64,000 nt of DNA from contig CAXXWQ010000004.1 of the NCBI GenBank assembly GCA_963674945.2, positions 1,024,001-1,088,000 on the forward strand, given 5' to 3'. The stretch is from an uncultured Desulfosarcina sp. GTDB lineage: Bacteria; Desulfobacterota; Desulfobacteria; Desulfobacterales; Desulfosarcinaceae. Made by a program: the position numbers and the translations under genes. The notes under the pieces were generated by a model. It was not told where the DNA came from and ran no database searches. It worked only from the letters and a program-made list of their open reading frames with translations. Of this stretch, positions 27,333 to 35,426 are shown piece by piece (position 1 is the stretch's first letter; every line of letters starts with the position of its first letter).

Positions 27333-30145
27333 TGAAACCATCTCAGTCAAAGAAGCAAACCCGGATCAACCGGCGAGACCTGATCAAAACCGGAGGTATG
27401 GCCGCACTGGGCGTGTTGGCGGCCGGATCGGGCCATGCCTCCCCCGCAAAGCAATCCCTGGATCCCAGGGATGTCCAAAAATCCGCTGCAACCCGTCTTT
27501 CCCCGGAGGCCAAAACCGTGCATTCGGTCTGCCTGGCCTGCAACGCACGCTGCGGTGTGCGGGGTGTGGTCAAGGAGGGCAAACTGGTCAACATTTCCGG
27601 CAACCCCTACCATCCCTACAACACGCAGTTCTCACCCATCGATTATGACACAGAGGTGAAAACGGCGTTGAAAGAAGCCAGCCCAATCTGCGGTAAGGCC
27701 CTGGACACCCCCAACCACATCTACAGCCCCTATCGCCTTCGCAAACCCCTGAAACGCTCAGGCCCCAGGGGATCGGGAAAATTCGAACCCGTATCCTGGA
27801 ACGATCTGATCCGTGAAATCGGTCAGGGAGGCAAACTGTTCGCACATCTCGGAGAAGATCGCATAGTGCCGGGTATCCGTGATCTTTTGTCCGACGAGCC
27901 CATTGATCCGGTGGACCCTTGTCTGGGAAACCATCGCAACGGCCTGGTTTTTCTCACCGGACGTCTCCAGAGCGGCCGAAAGGAGTTCATCGACCGTTTC
28001 GTGAAAAGCGCCGTTGGTTCCAGAAACCGCATCGGTCACACGGACATCTGCGGCCTCGGTTTCCGTATGGGCAATTTCGCCCTGAGCGGCGGCACCCAGG
28101 TGGAACTCAAAGCCGATCCCAAAAATGCCGACTACATCCTTTTGTTCGGAGCCAATATCTACGAGGCCCTACAGCCAGGCGTCAACACCTACGGCGCCAT
28201 GGTGGCCCGTCGGCAGGCCGACGGGCCACTCTCCTTTTCCATCGTGGATCCAAGGGCTACGCGGGCTGCGGCCCATGCCCAGGACTGGCTTGCCGTCAAA
28301 CCGGGCAAGGACGGTGCGCTGGCCATGGGCATCATCCGATGGATGATCGAAAACAACGTCGTCAACCGAGAATACCTGAGTACGCCCAATGAAAAACAGA
28401 TCAAAAAAAAGGGATTCGGCGTTCTTTCCAATGCCAGCCATCTGGTGATCTGCGATCCCGGCCATCCGGACAACGGGGCATTCTTGCGCATGAAACATCT
28501 CGATCCGTCCCTGAACGATACCCCGGGGCAGGAAAAGGTGGTGTTTTCGGTGAATGGCAAAGTTCCTCGTCCGGCCGCATCCATTGGTACGGCGGACCTC
28601 GACAGACAAGCCACGGTAACCGACTATTTCGGCAATGCCATCCAGGTGAAGACCGCCTTTGCCTTGCTTAAACAAGAGGCCATGGCCCACCCCCTTTCCG
28701 AGTATGCGGCCCAGTGCGGTGTGGGTGAGGGGCAGATTGCATCTGTAGCCCGGGAATTCTCGTCCCATGGGACACGGGCTGCCGTGACCCAGTATCACGG
28801 AGCGGGCAACTATGTGAACGGCACCTATGCGGCCTACGCCATCGCCGCCCTCAACGCACTGGTGGGCAGCGTCAACATGAAAGGCGGGTATCTGAAAGGC
28901 GGGGGCGGATGCGGAAAACCCACAGCCGGACTTTTCGACCTCAAATCCTTTCCTGGCAAAAAGAAAAACGGCGGCGTAGCCATCTCCCGCGAGAAGGCCC
29001 ATTATGAGAAATCCGCCGAATTTGCCCAAAAGAAGGCGAAAACAGGCTCTGGCTATCCCGCCGAACGGCCCTGGTTCAGCTTTACAAAGGGTGGACTATC
29101 GGTGGAAGCATTGAGCGGCATCGACCAGCAATACCCCTACAAAGCCCAGGTCCTGTTCACATACCTTTTCAATCCGGTATATTCCATCCCAGGCGGATAT
29201 CGGTTCAAGGAAACCCTGGCTGACCCGGATAAGGTTCCCCTTTATGTTTCCATCGATACGGCCGTCAACGAATCCAATGTGTATTCGGATTATATCATAC
29301 CGGACCTTAGTTTTGCCGAGGGCCATTACGGATGGCTCACCCCCCATGCGCCGGGTCTCTCCTTTACCGGTATCCGAAGCCCCATGATCGAACCGTTGAC
29401 GGACAAAACCCCTGACGGGCGGCCCATCTGCACGGAAACCCTGCTCATCGACCTGGCCGTGTCCCTGGGCCTGCCCGGATTCGGTAAAAAGGCCATCCCC
29501 GGAGCGGACAACACCCTTCATGATCTGATGTGCGCGGAGGATTTTTACGTAAGGGCCTTCGCCAACATTGCCCATGGGGCCAAACTCCCCCATGCGTCGG
29601 ATGAAGAGGTGCAGTATGTGGAATCGAAGGGTTTACTTCTCGATGACCTGGAATCCGGTTTCCCCTTTTCCGTGGTCACCTATAAAAACAGGCTGCACAC
29701 CCAGTCCCGGTCCCTTTGGTCCCAGCATTCCATGGAGATCCAAGGCGAAAACCGGGTGGAAATGAATGAAGCCGACGTGAGAAGACTGGGTCTTACAGAC
29801 GAAGACACGGTGATTGTGGCCTCTCCTAGCAATCCCGCGGGCATCCGAGGAAAGGTGCGGTCCACCGCTTTGATCCGGCCTGGATGCGTGGCGGTCTCTT
29901 TTCATTTCGGGCACACCCAGTTCGGCGCGGGCCCACTGGATATCCCCGGTGGCGAGTCCGCGTTCATGGGCGGACAATCCATCATCAAGGGCCGGTCCCT
30001 GGTCACCAATCCGCTGTTTGCCAAGGGGCTGAACTTCAACGACGTGGCCCTTCTCGAGACCCATCTGAACCGCACCCCCATGGTGGATCTGGTGGGCGGT
30101 ATTCCAGACTTCAGCAGCACCCGGGTCTCCATCACCAAGGTATAA
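27329..30145 (+). CDS. ttrA: Tetrathionate reductase subunit A-like molybdopterin oxidoreductase (Tat)
   Basis: NRRDLIK, CLACNARCG, ISGNPYHP, PLKRSGPRGSGKF, GHTDICG, C-terminal molybdopterin dinucleotide-binding domain. Confidence 0.8.
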   Translation: MMKPSQSKKQTRINRRDLIKTGGMAALGVLAAGSGHASPAKQSLDPRDVQKSAATRLSPEAKTVHSVCLACNARCGVRGVVKEGKLVNISGNPYHPYNTQFSPIDYDTEVKTALKEASPICGKALDTPNHIYSPYRLRKPLKRSGPRGSGKFEPVSWNDLIREIGQGGKLFAHLGEDRIVPGIRDLLSDEPIDPVDPCLGNHRNGLVFLTGRLQSGRKEFIDRFVKSAVGSRNRIGHTDICGLGFRMGNFALSGGTQVELKADPKNADYILLFGANIYEALQPGVNTYGAMVARRQADGPLSFSIVDPRATRAAAHAQDWLAVKPGKDGALAMGIIRWMIENNVVNREYLSTPNEKQIKKKGFGVLSNASHLVICDPGHPDNGAFLRMKHLDPSLNDTPGQEKVVFSVNGKVPRPAASIGTADLDRQATVTDYFGNAIQVKTAFALLKQEAMAHPLSEYAAQCGVGEGQIASVAREFSSHGTRAAVTQYHGAGNYVNGTYAAYAIAALNALVGSVNMKGGYLKGGGGCGKPTAGLFDLKSFPGKKKNGGVAISREKAHYEKSAEFAQKKAKTGSGYPAERPWFSFTKGGLSVEALSGIDQQYPYKAQVLFTYLFNPVYSIPGGYRFKETLADPDKVPLYVSIDTAVNESNVYSDYIIPDLSFAEGHYGWLTPHAPGLSFTGIRSPMIEPLTDKTPDGRPICTETLLIDLAVSLGLPGFGKKAIPGADNTLHDLMCAEDFYVRAFANIAHGAKLPHASDEEVQYVESKGLLLDDLESGFPFSVVTYKNRLHTQSRSLWSQHSMEIQGENRVEMNEADVRRLGLTDEDTVIVASPSNPAGIRGKVRSTALIRPGCVAVSFHFGHTQFGAGPLDIPGGESAFMGGQSIIKGRSLVTNPLFAKGLNFNDVALLETHLNRTPMVDLVGGIPDFSSTRVSITKV

Positions 30146-30213
30146 TCAATCGCCTTCCGGCCGTGGTGTCTTCCCAGGACAGGAATTTCAGTAACGGTTT
30201 ACAAATTTTAACG

Positions 30214-30248
30214 AAAAAAGGGAGTCAGCATCTCTGCTGATTCCCTTT
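30214..30248. terminator. Probably bidirectional terminator between ttrA and tRNA-Leu
   Basis: AAAGGGAGTCAGCA-TCTC-TGCTGATTCCCTTT. Confidence 0.8.
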
Positions 30249-30273
30249 CATCATATTACTTCTTTATTCTCAC

Positions 30274-30362
30274 TGGTACCGGGGACGGGACTTGAACCCG
30301 TACAATCACTAAGGATCACGAGATTTTAAGTCTCGCGTGTCTACCAGTTCCACCACCCCGGC
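30274..30362 (-). tRNA. tRNA-Leu (TAA)
   Basis: GCCGGGG acceptor stem, TGGTAG D-loop, CGAGA-CT TAA AA-TCTCG, long variable arm, GGTTCAAGTCC, CCA end. Confidence 0.97.
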
Positions 30363-30434
30363 AAATGGCAATGTAAAAAGTGAAACCCCAAGTACAAACC
30401 CGTGTGCAGCTAATAACGGGGATCTGCTGAAAAG

Positions 30435-31157
30435 TCAAGATACCGGCTGCGAAAACGATACCTGGCGCGAGGAAGATTTTTCAATGCGGATGAAATCGAC
30501 CACGCCGTGGCAGCGGCAGGCCGTTGCGATCATCAGCGGACGATGACAATTTTCCATGACGGTCTGAAATGCGTTGAAAAGGTCCCCCGGAAGGATCCCG
30601 CCGACGCCGGGACGGAGCTGATGGCTTCGAAAAACGATGGGCAGGACGCTGTCCACGTCCAGCCGTTTCAGGAGTCGAAAGAGATCCATGGGACGAGGTT
30701 TTCCCGTGTGGGTGCACCTGTTTTTCGGCTCGGGACAATCGTCCGGACAGATGAAATCGGCATGACTGACGTAAACCTGACCGGTCGTTCCCCGAAGGGG
30801 ATGGGGCATCTTCGTAAGCCAACCGTCGGGCACGGGGATCGGCTCCATGTGGAAATGTTTTGGAAGCTTTCGCACCAGCCATTGCTTTGCCACATGGATC
30901 GGAATGGCCGGAACGATCCAATCCACCAATGCTTTTTCATGCAGCATTGCCGACAGCCACGCAATGCCGTCCTGACAAACCACGGTAACCGTGGGGTCAT
31001 CGAAACGAATGTGTTTCTTATCCACCACGGTGATGATCGCCCCCGGCTGTCGCTCCTTGATTCGCGAAACGGCAATCCGGCCGAATCTTCCAGCACCGAT
31101 GATCCAGTAGCGTTTGGATATTACGGGGTTTTTCCTTTGCTGCTTGTTATTGTCCAT
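30435..31157 (-). CDS. NAD(P)-binding (TrkA-N-like) protein with Cys-rich C-terminus
   Basis: IIGAGRFG; CPDDCPEP...C and TACRCHG. Confidence 0.7.
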   Translation of the reverse strand: MDNNKQQRKNPVISKRYWIIGAGRFGRIAVSRIKERQPGAIITVVDKKHIRFDDPTVTVVCQDGIAWLSAMLHEKALVDWIVPAIPIHVAKQWLVRKLPKHFHMEPIPVPDGWLTKMPHPLRGTTGQVYVSHADFICPDDCPEPKNRCTHTGKPRPMDLFRLLKRLDVDSVLPIVFRSHQLRPGVGGILPGDLFNAFQTVMENCHRPLMIATACRCHGVVDFIRIEKSSSRQVSFSQPVS

Positions 31158-31257
31158 GGCATTTGGTAAAAAATACTCGTCAATGACATCGAAGTGGAAC
31201 TATCGTCAATCCAGAAATGGCATTTCCGGATGGGCGCGAACGATCCCGGCGAGAAAG

Positions 31258-31872
31258 ATGACGAATACGCCCCACATTATACTGGCATCCCAATCCCCCA
31301 GACGGCGCTACCTGCTCGAACAGGCGGGGCTTGATATAAAGGTGATTCCCAGCCGTTTCGATGAGGATTCAATCCCAATAACAAGACCGGCCTCCTATGT
31401 CAAAGCCCTTGCCGAGGCCAAGGCAAAAGAGATCGCTGTGCAGTATCCGGAACATTATGTAATCGGCGCCGACACCATCGTGACCATCGACGATCATTTT
31501 CTCGGCAAACCCGGCGATGTCGACGAAGCAAGGGCCATGTTGAAGCGGCTGAGCGGGCAAACCCACTTCGTCTATTCGGGGTTTGCCATCCTATGTATAC
31601 ATCGAGAGGCCTGTTTCACCAAAGCCGTCGAGACCAAAGTACAATTCAAGGAATTGACCGATGAGGAGATCGACTGGTACATACAGACGGGAGAGCCTTT
31701 CGACAAAGCCGGTGCATATGCCATTCAGGGGATCGGTACCTTCCTGATACGGCGAATCGATGGGTCCTATACCAATGTGGTCGGCCTGCCGGTATGTGAA
31801 GTGATCGAGGAATTGATCAGGATGGGTGTGGTGACATTTTCCGGCAACGACCCAAAAGGATTGACGGCTTGA
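31258..31872 (+). CDS. maf: Maf family nucleotide pyrophosphatase
   Basis: ILASQSPRRR, GADTIV, DKAGAYAIQG, NVVGLP. Confidence 0.93.
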   Translation: MTNTPHIILASQSPRRRYLLEQAGLDIKVIPSRFDEDSIPITRPASYVKALAEAKAKEIAVQYPEHYVIGADTIVTIDDHFLGKPGDVDEARAMLKRLSGQTHFVYSGFAILCIHREACFTKAVETKVQFKELTDEEIDWYIQTGEPFDKAGAYAIQGIGTFLIRRIDGSYTNVVGLPVCEVIEELIRMGVVTFSGNDPKGLTA

Positions 31873-32552
31873 AGGAACGAATAGAAAAAATACGGGAAAA
31901 AATCGAAAATGCGGCCCTTCGATGCGGACGGGACCCGCAGTCGATCCGTCTCGTGGCGGTGAGCAAAACCGTGGGTGTCCATCGCGTCGAACAGGCCATC
32001 GACGCCGGCGCCACCATTTTGGGTGAAAACTATATTCAGGAGGCCAGGGAAAAATTCGACGCTCTCGTCCATCGAAATGTAAGCTGGCATTTCATCGGTC
32101 ACCTGCAATCCAACAAAGCCAAATACGCGGTGCGCATGTTCGACCTGATCCACTCGGTGGATTCGGCCAAGCTGGCCAAAGCACTGGACAAGGAAGCAGG
32201 AAAGAACGGCAAGGTGCAGGATATTCTGCTTCAGGTCAACATCGGCGGCGAGTCAACCAAATCCGGTGTGAAAGAAACCGACGCCATCGCCCTTGTCGAA
32301 CAGGTCGGGGAACTTTCCAATATTCGGGTGAGGGGATTGATGACCATGCCGCCATTTTTCGATGAACCGGAAAAGGCCCGTCCTTTCTTCCACCGGTTGG
32401 CCCAACTGAAACGTCGCATTGAGGAACGTAAGCACCCGGGTGTACGAATGGCTGAACTGTCCATGGGAATGACCGGCGACTTCGAAGTCGCCATCGAAGA
32501 AGGCGCCACACTGGTCCGCATCGGAACGGCCATTTTCGGAGCCCGCCGATGA
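31869..32552 (+). CDS. yggS: YggS PLP homeostasis protein
   Basis: LVAVSKT, GENYIQE, WHFIGHLQSNK, LSMGMTGD, VRIGTAIFG. Confidence 0.95.
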   Translation: MKERIEKIREKIENAALRCGRDPQSIRLVAVSKTVGVHRVEQAIDAGATILGENYIQEAREKFDALVHRNVSWHFIGHLQSNKAKYAVRMFDLIHSVDSAKLAKALDKEAGKNGKVQDILLQVNIGGESTKSGVKETDAIALVEQVGELSNIRVRGLMTMPPFFDEPEKARPFFHRLAQLKRRIEERKHPGVRMAELSMGMTGDFEVAIEEGATLVRIGTAIFGARR

Positions 32553-33088
32553 AACTGCTCCTTCACATCTGCTGCGCCCCCTGCAGCATCTATCCAATCC
32601 GGCGCCTTCAGGATGACCGCCATGAGATCATGGGTTTTTTTTACCGCGACAACATCCACCCCTATACCGAGTGTTTGCGCCGGGAAGAAACCTTGAGAGC
32701 CTATGCGGATTCCATTTCATTGAAAGTGCTCTATCCCGCCGGCTATGAGATGGAGACATTCCTTCGCAACGTGGCCTTCCGTGAGATGCAACGGTGCACC
32801 TATTGTTACCATGACCGTCTGACCACCACGGCCCACTTCGCAAAGAAGGGAAAGTTCGATGGTTTCACCACCACGTTGCTCTACAGTAAATTTCAAAAGC
32901 ACGATGAAATCCGATCCATCGGTGAGGCCGTGGGAAAAAAAGTGGGCGTGTCATTTTGCTACGAGGATTTCAGGGATGGCTGGAAATGGGGAGTAGAAGA
33001 ATCCCGCCGATTGGAAATGTATCGGCAACCATACTGCGGCTGCATCTACAGCGAGAAAGAGCGCTATTTCCGCAAAATCAAAAAATGA
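32549..33088 (+). CDS. queH: Epoxyqueuosine reductase QueH
   Basis: LLLHICCAPCS, NIHPYTE, RCTYCY, YRQPYCGCIYS. Confidence 0.92.
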   Translation: MKLLLHICCAPCSIYPIRRLQDDRHEIMGFFYRDNIHPYTECLRREETLRAYADSISLKVLYPAGYEMETFLRNVAFREMQRCTYCYHDRLTTTAHFAKKGKFDGFTTTLLYSKFQKHDEIRSIGEAVGKKVGVSFCYEDFRDGWKWGVEESRRLEMYRQPYCGCIYSEKERYFRKIKK

Positions 33089-33239
33089 CGACTTCGTAAA
33101 AATCCGATATCGGTTTTACGCTTCATCCCTCGTCACTGCGGCGTACTCTATGTACGCCTCATTCCTCGGGACTCGCAAGCCTTGATCTCGAACTTTTTAC
33201 GAAGCCGTCCGAAATTCGTTTTTTTTACGAATTCACCAA
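33086..33239 (+). mobile_element. ~155-bp MITE/REP-like element, copy 1
   Basis: Inverted termini TGACGACTTCGTAAAAA / TTTTTACGAAGCCGTC plus an extra half-site; inverted copy at 61219-61374. Confidence 0.8.
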
Positions 33240-33265
33240 TCCTTTTAACAGGACCGCTGACAACC

Positions 33266-35104
33266 ATGTTTGGAAACTTCATCTACTTTGTCGTTGCCCT
33301 GCTCATCTATTCCACCTTCCAGCCGTCGGAAAAGACCAATTTTCCCCCACTGGACACGATCCTTCTGTTTTTGTCACTCATTCTCCTCTTCTTCATATTA
33401 TCAAGGCGTCAATTTGTCCGGCTTGCCCAAAAGGCTGATACCCAAAGCCAAGGCGGAATGGATCAGCAGTTCTCATCGGCCATGACCCGGCAGTCCATAT
33501 TGGCCATCGGCCTTTTCGCCACCGACATTTACGGCCTCAACATCTCCTACTTTTTTAAGGATATCTGGCTTTTTCAGTCCATTCCCACCATCGAGGCGAT
33601 GGTGTTCATGGCCCTTTTCATCGCCTATCTGTCCATCGTATGGGCCAATGCCCACGTCGCCTACAGGGTCGTATACCACGCAGATATCTCTTGCCGTGCC
33701 TATGTGAAATCCAACATCGCCTTTTCCGTTCCGGTTCTTCTTCCCTGGGTGCTGCTGTCGGGCATTTTGGACCTGATTCTGGCCCTACCTTTCAAAGGGC
33801 CGCAACGGATACTGAACTCTCCCGAAGGGCAGACGGCGTACTTCTTGTTTTTTCTCTTTGTCGTTGCGATAATCGGCCCCTTGATCATCCAAAAATTCTG
33901 GCGATGCCGCCCGTTGGAGGACGGATATTATCGAAGGCGCATTGAAGCGTTGTGTGAACGGGCCGATCTGAAATATGCCGATATCTTATACTGGCCCATC
34001 TTCGGCGGCAGAATGATCACGGCCGGCGTAATGGGTCTGGTGCGCCAATTTCGCTATATCCTGGTTACCGACGCCCTGCTTCGCATCCTGAATCCCAATG
34101 AGATCGACACCGTCATCGCACACGAAGTGGGGCACGTAAAAAAACGCCACTTGCTGTTTTATCTATTCTTCTTTATCGGTTACATGGTCATCGCCTTTGC
34201 CACCTATGATTTGATCGTCTACCTCGTCATCTTCTTCGAACCGGGTTACCGTTTCATTTTTACCACGGGCATCAGCAGGACCACCGTAACCACCGGCTTG
34301 ATCAGCATGGCCATCATTTTCAATTTTCTCATCTACTTCAGGTTCATCTTCGGTTATTTCATGCGCAATTTCGAACGCCAGGCGGATACCTTTGTCTACA
34401 CCTTGTATTCCAGCGCCGTACCGTTGATCTCCACATTCGAAAAGATCGTGGCCGTATCAGGTCAATCAGCCGACAAGCCCAATTGGCATCACTTCAGCAT
34501 CTCGCAGCGGATGAACTTTCTCAAGAAATGTGAAGAGGACCGGTCCTGGGTGCGTCGCCACGACAAAAAGGTGAGAAGCAGCATTATCATCTTTACCGTC
34601 GCTTTGCTGATGGTGGGAATCGGCGGATATCAGATCAATTTCGGTCAGGCCGGGAAACGCCTGAACATCAAATTTTTCGAGCAGGCCGCCCTAGGTGAAA
34701 TCGAGAGAAATGGTGGCAGTGCAGGGCTTTACCAGATGCTGGGAGACATCTATTTCGAAGGGAAAAATTATGATAAGGCGGCATCCGCCTACCAGAACGC
34801 CCTGGACATGGAGCCGCAAAACGCCCTCGTGCTCAACAACTACGCCTGGCTGCTCGCCACCTGTGAAGATACCGCCATCCGAAATCCCGATCGGGCGCTG
34901 GATATGGCATTTTCCGCCGCCGCCATCGAAAAATCCCCGCACATTCTGGATACCCTGGCCGAAAGCCTTTTCGTCAACGGAAGGGTCAACGAGGCCATCC
35001 GGGCAGCCGAAACCGCCCTGACCATGGCGAAGACCAATCGATCCTACTACGAAGGCCAGTTGAAAAAATTTAAAGCGGCCGTGGAAACGCCTGCAAAAGA
35101 GTGA
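33266..35104 (+). CDS. M48 family membrane metalloprotease with C-terminal TPRs
   Basis: Multiple TM helices, AHEVGH, FERQAD, NNYAWLLAT, ILDTLAE; start moved out of the repeat. Confidence 0.9.
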   Translation: MFGNFIYFVVALLIYSTFQPSEKTNFPPLDTILLFLSLILLFFILSRRQFVRLAQKADTQSQGGMDQQFSSAMTRQSILAIGLFATDIYGLNISYFFKDIWLFQSIPTIEAMVFMALFIAYLSIVWANAHVAYRVVYHADISCRAYVKSNIAFSVPVLLPWVLLSGILDLILALPFKGPQRILNSPEGQTAYFLFFLFVVAIIGPLIIQKFWRCRPLEDGYYRRRIEALCERADLKYADILYWPIFGGRMITAGVMGLVRQFRYILVTDALLRILNPNEIDTVIAHEVGHVKKRHLLFYLFFFIGYMVIAFATYDLIVYLVIFFEPGYRFIFTTGISRTTVTTGLISMAIIFNFLIYFRFIFGYFMRNFERQADTFVYTLYSSAVPLISTFEKIVAVSGQSADKPNWHHFSISQRMNFLKKCEEDRSWVRRHDKKVRSSIIIFTVALLMVGIGGYQINFGQAGKRLNIKFFEQAALGEIERNGGSAGLYQMLGDIYFEGKNYDKAASAYQNALDMEPQNALVLNNYAWLLATCEDTAIRNPDRALDMAFSAAAIEKSPHILDTLAESLFVNGRVNEAIRAAETALTMAKTNRSYYEGQLKKFKAAVETPAKE

Positions 35105-35206
35105 CAAAATCGGTACATATCATCAAGTTAAATTCGAATCCGGAAGGCGGCTTTGCGCTCTCTTTAGAAGGGGGGGACGCGCCTTACGACAGTGGGGAAC
35201 CTGAGA

Positions 35207-35333
35207 AGTCAGTAGCCAGTATTCAGGAGTCAGAATGAATGCACGTCGCTTCGCTCCGCCGATTGGATAAAATGGATTGCGCCGAAGGCGAATACCTGAT
35301 TCTTAATTCTGGATTCTGACTCCTGGATTCCTG
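35207..35333. repeat. Inverted arrays of 7-bp repeats (REP-like)
   Basis: AGTCAGT AGCCAGT ATTCAGG AGTCAGA ... ATTCTGG ATTCTGA CTCCTGG; ATTCAGGAGTCAGAAT pairs with ATTCTGACTCCTGGAT. Confidence 0.7.
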
Positions 35334-35426
35334 TATCAAATTCACGGCAGAGCCATTTATCTCTGACCCGAACCAGAAGGCAATTTTTTCTTGACCGAAT
35401 AAAAACGGCTTCGGAGGAAGCTTTCT

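Noticed and set aside
33182..33265. MISNFLRSRP extension of the M48 gene (and MISDFLRSRP at 61275)
   Set aside because: Both derive from the dispersed repeat element
35207..35333. CRISPR array
   Set aside because: Repeats are degenerate 7-mers without spacers; no cas genes in the window
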